Assembly (NCBI GenBank): GCA_964016885.1
Contig: OZ024749.1
Span: forward strand, 20,646,001 to 20,710,000
From: Eledone cirrhosa
Lineage: Eukaryota
Length of the DNA stretch: 64,000 nucleotides
Direction of reading: 5' to 3'
Shown here one piece after another: positions 28,122 through 42,619 of the stretch (position 1 is its first letter; each line of letters starts with the position of its first letter). The notes below the pieces were generated by a model. It worked only from the letters and a program-made list of their open reading frames with translations. It was not told where the DNA came from and made no database searches. The position numbers were made by a program, and so were the translations under genes.

Positions 28122-31100
28122 GTGGACTGAGATGTTGACATAGTACAGTGGACTATACCATACTGTGGTACCTACTTACAGCTAGGTGGACTGTGACTGT
28201 TGACAGTACAGTGGACTATACCATACTGTGGTGCCTACTTACAGCTAGGTGGACTGTGACTGTTGACATAGTAGAGTGGACTATACCATACTGTGGTTCC
28301 TACTTACAGCTAGGTGGACTGTGACTGTTGAAAGTACAGTGGACTATACCATACTGTGGTACCTACTTACAGCTAGGTGGACTGTGACTGTTGACAGTAC
28401 AGTGGACTATACCATACTGTGGTACCTACTTACAGCTAGGTGGACTGTGACTGTTGACAGTACAGTGGACTATACCATACTGTGGTACCTACTTACAGCT
28501 AGATGGACTGTGACTGTTGACAGTACAGTGGACTATACCATACTGTGGTACCTACTTACAGCTAGGTGGACTGTGACTGTTGACATAGTACAGTGGACTA
28601 TACCATACTGTGGTGCCTACTTACAACTAGGTGGACTGTGACTGTTGACAGTACAGTGGACTATACCATACTGTGGTGCCTACTTACAGCTAGGTGGACT
28701 ATGACTGTTGACATAGTACAGTGGACTATACGATACTGTGGTACCTACTTACAGCTAGGTGGACTGTGACTGTTGACAGTACAGTGGACTATACCAGACT
28801 GTGGTACCTACTTACAGCTAGGTGGACTGTGACTGTTGGCACAGTACAGTGGACTATACCATACTGTGGTGCCTACTTACAGCTAGGTGGACTGTGACTG
28901 TTGACAGTACAGTGGACTATACCATACTGTGGTACCTACTTACAGGTAGGTGGACTGTGACTGTTGACATAGTACAGTGGACTATACCATACTGTTGTAC
29001 CTACTTACAGCTAGGTGGACTGTGACTGTTGACAGTACAGTGGACTATACCATACTGTGGTACCTATTTACAGCTAGGTGGACTGTGACTGTTGACATAG
29101 TACAGTGGACTATACCATACTGTGGTAACTACTTACAGCTAGGTGGACTGAGCTGTTGACATAGTACAGTGGACTCTACCATACTGTGGTACCTACTTAC
29201 AGCTAGGTGGACTGTGACTGTTGACAGTACAGTGGACTATACCATACTGTGGTACCTACTTACAGCTAGGTGGACTGTGACTCTTGACATATTACAGTGG
29301 ACTATACCATACTGTTGTACCTACTTACAGCTAGGTGCACTGTGACTGTTGACATATTACAGTGGACTATACCATACTGTGGTACCTACTTACAGCTAGG
29401 TGGAATGTGACTGTTGACATAGTACAGTGGACTATACCATACTGTGGTACCTACTTACAGCTAGGTGGACTGTGACTGTTGACATAGTACAGTGGACTAT
29501 ACCATACTGTGGTACCTACTTATAGCTAGGTGGACTGTGACTGTTGACAGTAGAGTGGACTATACCATACTGTGGTATCTACTTACAGCTAGGTGGACTG
29601 TGGCTGTTGACATAGTACAGCGGACTATACCATACTGTGGTACCTACTTACAGCTAGTTGGACTGAGCTGTTGACATAGTACAGTGGACTATACCATACT
29701 GTGGTACCTACTTACCGCTAGGTGGACTGTGACTGTTGACATAGTACAGTGGACTATACCATACTGTGGTACCTACTTACAGCTAGGTGGACTGTGACTT
29801 TTGACACAGTACAGTGGACTATACCATACTGTGGTGGTGCCTACTTACAGCTAGGTGGACCGTGACTGTTGGCACAGTACAGTGGACTATACCATACTGT
29901 GGTGCCTACTTACAGCTAGGTGGACAATGACTGTTGACATAGTACAGTGGACTATACCATACTGTGGTACCTACTTACAGCTAGATGGACTGTGACTGTT
30001 GACAGTACAGTGGACTATACCATACTGTGGTACCTACTTACAGCTAGGTGGACTGAGCTGTTGACATAGTACAGTGGACTATACCATACTGTGGTACCTA
30101 CTTACAGCTAGGTGGACTGTGACTGTTGGCACAGTACAGTGGACTATACCAGACTGTGGTGCCTACTTACAGCTAGGTGGACTGTGACTGTTGACAGTAC
30201 AGTGGACTGTGACTGTTGACAGTACAGTGGACTGTGACTGTTGACAGTACAGTGGACTATACCATACTGTGGTACCTACTTACAGCTAGGTGGACTGTGA
30301 CTGTTGACAGTACAGTGGACTGTGACTGTTGACAGTACAGTGGACTGTGACTGTTGACAGTACAGTGGACTATACCATACTGTGGTACCTACTTACAGCC
30401 AGGTGGACTGTGACTGTTGGCACAGTACAGTGGACTATACCATACTGTGGTACCTACTTACAGCTAGGTGAACTGTGACTGTTGGCACAGTACAGTGGAC
30501 TATACCATACTGTGGTACCTACTTACAGCTAGGTGGACTGTGACTGTTGGCACAGTACAGTGGACTATACCATACTGTGGTACCTACTTACAGCTAGGTG
30601 GACTGAGATGTTGACATAGTACAGTGGACTATACCATACTGTGGTACCTACTTACAGCTAGGTGGACTGTGACTGTTGACAGTACAGTGGACTATACCAT
30701 ACTGTGGTGCCTACTTACAGCTAGGTGGACTGTGACTGTTGGCACAGTACAGTGGACTATACCATACTGTGGTGCCTACTTACAGCTAGGTGGACTGTGA
30801 CTGTTGAAAGTACAGTGGACTATACCATACTGTGGTACCTACTTACAGCTAGGTGGACTGTGACTGTTGACAGTACAGTGGACTATACCATACTGTGGTA
30901 CCTACTTACAGCTAGGTGGACTGTGACTGTTGACAGTACAGTGGACTATACCATACTGTGGTACCTACTTACAGCTAGGTGGACTGTGACTGTTGACAGT
31001 ACAGTGGACTATACCATACTGTGGTACCTACTTACAGCTAGGTGGACTGTGACTGTTGACATAGTACAGTGGACTATACCATACTGTGGTGCCTACTTAC

Positions 31101-33073
31101 AACTAGGTGGACTGTGACTGTTGACAGTACAGTGGACTATACCATACTGTGGTGCCTACTTACAGCTAGGTGGACTATGACTGTTGACATAGTACAGTGG
31201 ACTATACGATACTGTGGTACCTACTTACAGCTAGGTGGACTGTGACTGTTGACAGTACAGTGGACTATACCAGACTGTGGTACCTACTTACAGCTAGGTG
31301 GACTGTGACTGTTGGCACAGTACAGTGGACTATACCATACTGTGGTGCCTACTTACAGCTAGGTGGACTGTGACTGTTGACAGTACAGTGGACTATACCA
31401 TACTGTGGTACCTACTTACAGGTAGGTGGACTGTGACTGTTGACATAGTACAGTGGACTATACCATACTGTTGTACCTACTTACAGCTAGGTGGACTGTG
31501 ACTGTTGACAGTACAGTGGACTATACCATACTGTGGTACCTATTTACAGCTAGGTGGACTGTGACTGTTGACATAGTACAGTGGACTATACCATACTGTG
31601 GTAACTACTTACAGCTAGGTGGACTGAGCTGTTGACATAGTACAGTGGACTCTACCATACTGTGGTACCTACTTACAGCTAGGTGGACTGTGACTGTTGA
31701 CAGTACAGTGGACTATACCATACTGTGGTACCTACTTACAGCTAGGTGGACTGTGACTCTTGACATATTACAGTGGACTATACCATACTGTTGTACCTAC
31801 TTACAGCTAGGTGCACTGTGACTGTTGACATGTTACAGTGGACTATACCATACTGTGGTACCTACTTACAGCTAGGTGGAATGTGACTGTTGACATAGTA
31901 CAGTGGACTATACCATACTGTGGTACCTACTTACAGCTAGGTGGACTGTGACTGTTGACATAGTACAGTGGACTATACCATACTGTGGTACCTACTTATA
32001 GCTAGGTGGACTGTGACTGTTGACAGTAGAGTGGACTATACCATACTGTGGTATCTACTTACAGCTAGGTGGACTGTGGCTGTTGACATAGTACAGCGGA
32101 CTATACCATACTGTGGTACCTACTTACAGCTAGTTGGACTGAGCTGTTGACATAGTACAGTGGACTATACCATACTGTGGTACCTACTTACCGCTAGGTG
32201 GACTGTGACTGTTGACATAGTACAGTGGACTATACCATACTGTGGTACCTACTTACAGCTAGGTGGACTGTGACTTTTGACACAGTACAGTGGACTATAC
32301 CATACTGTGGTGGTGCCTACTTACAGCTAGGTGGACCGTGACTGTTGGCACAGTACAGTGGACTATACCATACTGTGGTGCCTACTTACAGCTAGGTGGA
32401 CAATGACTGTTGACATAGTACAGTGGACTATACCATACTGTGGTACCTACTTACAGCTAGATGGACTGTGACTGTTGACAGTACAGTGGACTATACCATA
32501 CTGTGGTACCTACTTACAGCTAGGTGGACTGAGCTGTTGACATAGTACAGTGGACTATACCATACTGTGGTACCTACTTACAGCTAGGTGGACTGTGACT
32601 GTTGGCACAGTACAGTGGACTATACCAGACTGTGGTGCCTACTTACAGCTAGGTGGACTGTGACTGTTGACAGTACAGTGGACTGTGACTGTTGACAGTA
32701 CAGTGGACTGTGACTGTTGACAGTACAGTGGACTATACCATACTGTGGTACCTACTTACAGCTAGGTGGACTGTGACTGTTGACAGTACAGTGGACTGTG
32801 ACTGTTGACAGTACAGTGGACTGTGACTGTTGACAGTACAGTGGACTATACCATACTGTGGTACCTACTTACAGCCAGGTGGACTGTGACTGTTGGCACA
32901 GTACAGTGGACTATACCATACTGTGGTACCTACTTACAGCTAGGTGAACTGTGACTGTTGGCACAGTACAGTGGACTATACCATACTGTGGTACCTACTT
33001 ACAGCTAGGTGGACTGTGACTGTTGGCACAGTACAGTGGACTATACCATACTGTGGTACCTACTTACAGCTAG
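28122..33073. repeat. 2476 bp near-perfect tandem duplication (approx. 28122-30597 and 30598-33073)
   Basis: Constant offset 2476 for GAGATG (28129/30605), ORFs 28822/31298, 28977/31453 and 29492/31968, and the BBB-A doublet at 30177/32653. Confidence 0.92.
30177..30402. repeat. (B-B-B-A)x2: 113 bp derived unit made of three 25 bp B sub-repeats plus one A; second copy at 32653-32878
   Basis: GTGGACTGTGACTGTTGACAGTACA starts at 30177, 30202 and 30227, A at 30252, B again at 30290, 30315 and 30340, and A at 30365. Confidence 0.93.
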
Positions 33074-36000
33074 GTGGACTCTGACTGTTGGCACAGTACA
33101 GTGGACTATACCATACTGTGGTACCTACTTACAGCTAGGTGGACTGAGCTGTTGACATAGTACAGTGGACTATACCATACTGTGGTACCTACTTACAGCT
33201 AGGTGGACTTAGCTGTTGGCACAGTACAGTGGACTATACCATACTGTGGTACCTACTTACAGCTAGGTGGATTGAGCTGTTGACATAATACAGTGGACTA
33301 TACCATACTGTGGTACCTACTTACAGCTAGGTGGACTGTGACTGTTGACAGTACAGTGGACTATACCATACTGTGGTACCTACTTACAGCTAGGTGGACT
33401 GAGCTGTTGACATAGTACATAGACTATACCATACTGTGGTACCTACTTACAGCTAGGTGGACTGTGACTGTTGACAGTACAGTGGACTATACCATACTGT
33501 GGTACCTACTGACAGCTAGGTGGACTGAGATGTTGACATAGTACAGTGGACTATACCATACTGTGGTACCTACTTACAGCTAGGTGGACTGTGACTGTTG
33601 ACAGTACAGTGTACTATACCATACTGTGGTGCCTACTTACAGCTAGGTGGACTGTGACTGTTGACATAGTAGAGTGGACTATACCATACTGTGGTTCCTA
33701 CTTACAGCTAGGTGGACTGTGACTGTTGACAGTACAGTGGACTATACCATACTGTGGTACCTACTTACAGCTAGGTGGACTGTGACTGTTGACAGTACAG
33801 TGGACTATACCATACTGTGGTACCTACTTACAGCTAGGTGGACTGTGACTGTTGACAGTACAGTGGACTATACCATACTGTGGTACCTACTTACAGCTAG
33901 GTGGACTGTGACTGTTGACAGTACAGTGGACTATACGATACTGTGGTACCTACTTACAGCTAGGTGGACTGTGACTGTTGACGTAGTACAGTCGACTATA
34001 CCATACTGTGGTGCCTACTTACAGCTAGGTGGACTGTGACTCTTGACAGTACAGTGGACTATACCATACTGTGGTGCCTACTTACAGCTAGGTGGACTAT
34101 GACTGTTGACATAGTACAGTGGACTATACGATATTGTGGTACCTACTTACAGCTAGGTGGAGTGTGTCTGTTGACAGTACAGTGGACTATACCAGACTGT
34201 GGTACCTACTTACAGCTAGGTGGACTGTGACTGTTGGCACAGTACAGTGGACTATACCATACTGTGGTGCCTACTTACAGCTAGGTGGACTGTGACTGTT
34301 GACAGTACAGTGGACTATACCATACTGTGGTACCTACTTACAGGTAGGTGGACTGTGACTGTTGACATAGTACAGTGGACTATACCATACTGTGGTACCT
34401 ATTTACAGCTAGGTGGACTGTGGTGCCTACTTACAGCTAGGTGGACTATGACTGTTGACATAGTACAGTGGACTATACGATACTGTGGTACCTACTTACA
34501 GCTAGGTGGACTGACACTGTTGACATAGTACAGTGGACTATACCAACTGTGGTACCTACTTACAGCTAGGTAGACTGAGCTGTTGACATAGTACAGTGGA
34601 CTAAACCATACTGTGGTACCTACTTACATCTAGGTGGACTGTGACTGTTGACAGTACAGTGGACTATACCATACTGTGGTACCTACTTACAGCTAGGTGG
34701 ACTGTGACTGTTGACACAGTACAGTGGACTATACCATACTGTGGTGGTGCCTACTTACATCTAGGTGGACTGTGACTGTTGGCACAGTACAGTGGACTAT
34801 ACCATACTGTGGTATCTACTTACAGCTAGGTGGACTGTGACTGTTGGCACAGTGCAGTGGACTACACCATACTGTGGTACCTACTTACAGCTAGGTGGAC
34901 TGTGACTGTTGGCACAGTACAGTGGACTATACCATACTGTGGTACCTACTTACAGCTAGGTGGACTGTGACTGTTGGCACAGTACAGTGGACTATACCAC
35001 ACTGTGGTGCCTACTTCCAGCTAGGTGGACTGTGACTGTTGGCACAGCACAGTGGACTATACCACACTGTGGTCCCTACTTACAGCTAGGTGGACTGTGA
35101 CTGTTGACACAGTACAGTGGACTATACCAGACTGTGGTGCCTACTTACAGCTAGGTGGACTGTGACTGTTGACAGTACAGTGGACTATACCATACTGTGT
35201 TACCTACTTACAGCTAGGTGGACTGTGACTGTTGGCACAGTACAGTGGACTATACCATACTGTGGTACCTACTTACAGCTAGGTGGACTGTGACTGTTGG
35301 CACAGTAGAGTGGACTATACCATACTGTGGTACCTACTTACAGCTAGGTGGACTGAGCTGTTGACATAGTACAGTGGACTATACCATACTGTGGTACCTA
35401 CTTACAGCTAGGTGGACTGAGCTGTTGGCACAGTACAGTGGACTATACCATACTGTGGTACCTACTTACAGCTAGGTGGACTGAGCTGTTGACATAATAC
35501 AGTGGACTATACCATACTGTGGTACCTACTTACAGCTAGGTGGACTGTGACTGTTGACAGTACAGTGGACTATACCATACTGTGGTACCTACTTACAGCT
35601 AGGTGGACTGAGCTGTTGACATAGTACAGTGGACTATACCATACTGTGGTACCTACTTACAGCTAGGTGGACTGTGACTGTTGACAGTACAGTGGACTAT
35701 ACCATACTGTGGTACCTACTGACATCTAGGTGGACTGAGATGTTGACATAGTACAGTGGACTATACCATACTGTGGTACCTACTTACAGCTAGGTGGACT
35801 GTGACTGTTGACAGTACAGTGGACTATACCATACTGTGGTGCCTACTTACAGCTAGGTGGACTGTGACTGTTGACATAGTAGAGTGGACTATACCATACT
35901 GTGGTTCCTACTTACAGCTAGGTGGACTGTGACTGTTGACAGTACAGTGGACTATACCATACTGTGGTACCTACTTACAGCTAGGTGGACTGTGACTGTT

Positions 36001-39000
36001 GACAGTACAGTGGACTATACCATACTGTGGTACCTACTTACAGCTAGGTGGACTGTGACTGTTGACAGTACAGTGGACTATACCATACTGTGGTACCTAC
36101 TTACAGCTAGGTGGACTGTGACTGTTGACAGTACAGTGGACTATACCATACTGTGGTACCTACTTACAGCTAGGTGGACTGTGACTGTTGACATAGTACA
36201 GTGGACTATACCATACTGTGGTGCCTACTTACAGCTAGGTGGACCGTGACTGTTGACAGTACAGTGGACTATACCATACTGTGGTGCCTACTTACAGCTA
36301 GGTGGACTATGACTGTTGACATAGTACAGTGGACTATACCATACTGTGGTACCTACTTACAGCTAGGTGTACTGTGACTGTTGACATAGTACAGTGGACT
36401 ATACCATACTGTGGTGCCTACTTACAGCTAGGTGGACCGTGACTGTTGACAGTACAGTGAACTATACCATACTGTGGTGCCTACTTACAGCTAGGTGGAC
36501 TATGACTGTTGACATAGTACAGTGGACTATACGATACTGTGGTACCTACTTACAGCTAGGTGGACTGTGACTGTTGACAGTACAGTGGACTATACCAGAC
36601 TGTGGTACCTACTTACTGCTAGGTGGACTGTGACTGTTGGCACAGTACAGTGGACTATACCATACTGTGGTGCCTACTTACAGCTAGGTGGACTGTGACT
36701 GTTGACAGTACAGTGTACTATACCATACTGTGGTACCTACTTACAGGTAGGTGGACTGTGACTGTTGACATAGTACAGTGGACTATACCATACTGTGGTA
36801 CCTACTTACAGCTAGGTGGACTGTGACTGTTGACAGTACAGTGGACTATACCATACTGTGGTACCTATTTACAGCTAGGTGGACTGTGACTGTTGACATA
36901 GTACAGTGGACTATACCATACTGTGGTAACTACTTACCTATTTACAGCTAGGTGGACTGAGCTGTTGACAGAGTACAGTGGACTATACCATACTGTGGTA
37001 CCTACTTACAGCTAGGTGGACTGTGACTGTTGACAGTACAGTGGACTATACCATACTGTGGTACCTACTTACAGCTAGGTGGACTGTGACTGTTGACATA
37101 TTACAGTGGACTATACCATACTGTGGTACCTACTTACAGCTAGGTGCACTGTGACTGTTGACATATTACAGTGGACTATACCATACTGTGGTACCTACTT
37201 ACAGCTAGGTGGAATGTGACTGTTGACATAGTACAGTGGACTATACCATACTGTGGTACCTACTTACAGCTAGGTGGACTGTGACTGTTGACATAGTACA
37301 GTGGACTATACCATACTGTGGTACCTACTTATAGCTAGGTGGACTGTGACTGTTGACAGTAGAGTGGACTATACCATACTGTGGTATCTACTTACAGCTA
37401 GGTGGACTGTGACTATTGACATAGTACAGTGGACTATACCATACTGTGGTACCTACTTACAGCTAGGTGGACTGAGCTGTTGACATAGTACAGTAGACTA
37501 TACCATACTGTGGTACCTACTTACCGCTAGGTGGACTGTGACTGTTGACAGTACAGTGGTCTATAGCATACTGTGGTACCTACTTACAGCTAGGTGGACT
37601 GTGACTGTTGACATAGTACAGTGGACTATACCATACTGTGGTACCTACTTACAGCTAGGTGCACTGTGACTGTTGACATATTACAGTGGACTATACCATA
37701 CTGTGGTACCTACTTACAGCTAGGTGGACTGTGACTGTTGACAGTACAGTGGACTATACCATACTGTGGTACCTACTTACAGCTAGGTGGACTGTGACTG
37801 TTGACACAGTACAGTGGACTATACCATACTGTGGTGGTGCCTACTTACAGCTAGGTGGACCGTGACTGTTGGCACAGTACAGTGGACTATACCATACTGT
37901 GGTGCCTACTTACAGCTAGGTGGACTGTGACTGTTGACAGTACAGTAGACTATACCATACTGTGGTATCTACTTACAGCTAGGTGGACAGTGACTGTTGA
38001 CATAGTACAGTGGACTATACCATACTGTGGTACCTACTTACAGCTAGGTGGACTGTGACTGTTGACAGTACAGTGGACTATACCATACTGTGGTACCTAC
38101 TTACAGCTAGGTGGACTGAGCTGTTGACATAGTACAGTGGACTATACCAACTGTGGTACCTACTTACAGCTAGGTGGACTGTGACTGTTCGCAGTACAGT
38201 GGACTATACCATACTGTGGTACCTACTTACAGCTAGGTGGACTGAGCTGTTGACATAGTACAGTGGACTATACCATACTGTGGTACCTACTTACAGCTAG
38301 GTGGACTGTGACTGTTGACATAGTACAGTGGACTATACCATACTGTGGCATCTACTTACAGCTAGGTGGACTATACCACAATGTGGTCACTACTTACAGC
38401 TAGGTGGACTGTGACTGTTGACACAGTACAGTGGACAATACCATACTGTGGTACCAACTTACAGCTAGGTGGACTGTGACTGTTGACATGGTACAGTGGA
38501 CTATACCATACTGTGGTACCTACTTACAGCTAGGTGGACTATACCAGACTGTGGTACCTACTTACAGCTAGGTGGACTGTGACTGTTGACATAGTACAGT
38601 GGACTATACCAGACTGTGGTACCTACTTACAGCTAGGTGGACTGTGACTGTTGGCACAGTACAGTGGACTGTACCAGACTGTGGTACCTACTTACAGCTA
38701 GGTGGACTGTGACTGTTGACAGTACAGTGGACTATACCATACTGTGGTACCTACTTACAGCTAGGGGGACTGTGACTGTTGACAGTACAGTGGACTATAC
38801 CATACTGTGGTACCTACTTACAGCTTGGTGGAATATACCACACTGTGGTACCTACTTACAGCTAGGTGGACTGTGACTGTTGAAAGTACAGTGGACTATA
38901 CCAGACTGTGGTACCTACTTACAGCTAGGTGGACTATACCACACTGTGCTACCTACTTACAGCTAGGTGGACTGTGACTGTTGACAGTATAATGGACTAT

Positions 39001-42000
39001 ACCATACTGTGGTACCTACTTACAGCTAGGTGGACTGTGACTGTTGACAGTACAGTGGACTATAACATACTGTGGTACCTACTTACAGCTAAGTGGACTG
39101 TGACTGTTGGCACAGTACAGTGGACTATACCATACTGTGGTACCTACTTACAGCTAGCTGGACTGTGACTGTTGACAGTACAGTGGACTATACCATACTG
39201 TGTTACCTACTTACAGCTAGCTGGACTGTGACTGTTGACAGTACAGTGGACTATACCAGACTGTGGTACCTACTTACAGCTAGGTGGACTGTGACTGTTG
39301 GCAGTACAGTGGACTATACCATACTGTGGTACCTACTTACAGCTAGGTGGACTGTGACTGTTGGCACAGTACAGTGGACTTTACCAGACTGTGGTACCTA
39401 CTTACAGCTAGGTGGACTGTGACTGTTGACAGTACAGTGGACTATACCATACTGTGGTACCTACTTACAGTGAGCTGGACTGTGACTGTTGACAGTACAG
39501 TGGACTATACCAGACTGTGGTACGTACTTACAGCTAGGTGGACTGTGACTGTTGGCACAGTACGGTGGACTATACCAACTGTGGTACCTACTTACAGCTA
39601 GGTGGACAGTGACTGTTGACATAGTACAGATGACTATACCATACTGTGGTACCTACTTACAGCTAGGTGGACTGTGACTGTTGACAGTACAGTGGACTAT
39701 ACCATACTGTGGTACCTACTTACATCTAGGTGGACTGAGCTGTTGACATAGTACAGTGGATTATACCAACTGTGGTACCTACTTACAGCTAGGTGGTCTG
39801 TGACTGTTGACAGTACAGTGGACTATACCATACTGTGGTACCTACTTACAGCTAGGTGGACTGAGCTGTTGACATAGTACAGTGGACTATACCATACTGT
39901 GGTACCTACTTACAGCTAGGTGGACTGTGACTGTTGACATAGTACAGTGGACTATACCATACTGTGGTATCTACTTACAGCTAGGTGGACTATACCACAC
40001 TGTGGTACCTACTTACAGCTAGGTGGACAGTGACTTCTTGACATAGTACAGATGACTATACCATACTGTGGTACCTACTTACAGCTAGGTGGACTGTGAC
40101 TGTTGACAGTACAGTGGACTATACCATACTGTGGTACCTACTTACATCTAAGTGGACTGAGCTGTTGCCATAGTACAGTGGATTATACCAACTGTGGTAC
40201 CTACTTACAGCTAGGTGGACTGTGACTGTTGACAGTACAGTGGACTATACCATACTGTGGTACCTACTTACAGCTAGGTGGACTGAGCTGTTGACATAGT
40301 ACAGTGGATTATACCATACTGTGGTACCTACTTACAGCTAGGTGGACTGTGACTGTTGACATAGTACAGTGGACTATACCATACTGTGGTACCTACTTAC
40401 AGCTAGGTGGACTGTGACTGTTGGCACAGTACAGTGGACTATACCATACTGTGGTACCTACTTACAGCTAGGTGGACTGTGACTGTTGGCACAGTACAGT
40501 GGACTATACCATACTGTGGTACCTACTTACAGCTAGGTGGACTGAGCTGTTGACATAGTACAGTGGACTATACCATACTGTGGTACCTACTTACAGCTAG
40601 GTGGACTGAGCTGTTGGCACAGTACAGTGGACTATAACATACTGTGGTACCTACTTACAGCTAGGTGGACTGAGCTGTTGACATAATACAGTGGACTATA
40701 CCATACTGTGGTACCTACTTACAGCTAGGTGGACTGTGACTGTTGACAGTACAGTGGACTATACCATACTGTGGTACCTACTTACAGCTAGGTGGACTGA
40801 GCTGTTGACATAGTACAGTGGACTATACCATACTGTGGTACCTACTTACAGCTAGGTGGACTGTGACTGTTGACAGTACAGTGGACTATACCATACTGTG
40901 GTACCTACTGACATCTAGGTGGACTGAGATGTTGACATAGTACAGTGGACTATACCATACTGTGGTACCTACTTACAGCTAGGTGGACTGTGACTGTTGA
41001 CAGTACAGTGGACTATACCATACTGTGGTGCCTACTTACAGCTAGGTGGACTGTGACTGTTGACATAGTAGAGTGGACTATACCATACTGTGGTTCCTAC
41101 TTACAGCTAGGTGGACTGTGACTGTTGAAAGTACAGTGGACTATACCATACTGTGGTACCTACTTACAGCTAGGTGGACTGTGACTGTTGACAGTACAGT
41201 GGACTATACCATACTGTGGTACCTACTTACAGCTAGGTGGACTGTGACTGTTGACAGTACAGTGGACTATACCATACTGTGGTACCTACTTACAGCTAGG
41301 TGGACTGTGACTGTTGACAGTACAGTGGACTATACCATACTGTGGTACCTACTTACAGCTAGGTGTACTGTGACTGTTGACATAGTACAGTGGACTATAC
41401 CATACTGTGGTGCCTACTTACAACTAGGTGGACTGTGACTGTTGACAGTACAGTGGACTATACCATACTGTGGTGCCTACTTACAGCTAGGTGGACTATG
41501 ACTGTTGACATAGTACAGTGGAATATACGATACTGTGGTACCTACTTACAGCTAGGTGGACTGTGACTGTTGACAGTACAGTGGACTATACCAGACTGTG
41601 GTACCTACTTACAGCTAGGTGGACTGTGACTGTTGGCACAGTACAGTGGACTATACCATACTGTGGTGCCTACTTACAGCTAGGTGGACTGTGACTGTTG
41701 ACAGTACAGTGGACTATACCATACTGTGGTACCTACTTACAGGTAGGTGGACTGTGACTGTTGACATAGTACAGTGGACTATACCATACTGTTGTACCTA
41801 CTTACAGCTAGGTGGACTGTGACTGTTGACAGTACAGTGGACTATACCATACTGTGGTACCTATTTACAGCTAGGTGGACTGTGACTGTTGACATAGTAC
41901 AGTGGACTATACCATACTGTGGTAACTACTTACAGCTAGGTGGACTGAGCTGTTGACATAGTACAGTGGACTCTACCATACTGTGGTACCTACTTACAGC

Positions 42001-42619
42001 TAGGTGGACTGTGACTGTTGACAGTACAGTGGACTATACCATACTGTGGTACCTACTTACAGCTAGGTGGACTGTGACTCTTGACATATTACAGTGGACT
42101 ATACCATACTGTGGTACCTACTTATAGCTAGGTGGACTGTGACTGTTGACAGTAGAGTGGACTATACCATACTGTGGTATCTACTTACAGCTAGGTGGAG
42201 TGTAACTGTTGACATAGTACAGCGGACTATACCATACTGTGGTACCTACTTACAGCTAGGTGGACTGAGCTGTTGACATAGTACAGTGGACTATACCATA
42301 CTGTGGTACCTACTTACCGCTAGGTGGACTGTGACTGTTGACATAGTACAGTGGACTATACCATACTGTGGTACCTACTTACAGCTAGGTGGACTGTGAC
42401 TGTTGACACAGTACAGTGGACTATACCATACTGTGGTGGTGCCTACTTACAGCTAGGTGGACCGTGACTGTTGGCAGAGTACAGTGGACTATACCATACT
42501 GTGGTGCCTACTTACAGCTAGGTGGACAATGACTGTTGACATAGTACAGTGGACTATACCATACTGTGGTACCTACTTACAGCTAGGTGGACTGTGACTG
42601 TTGACAGTACAGTGGACTA

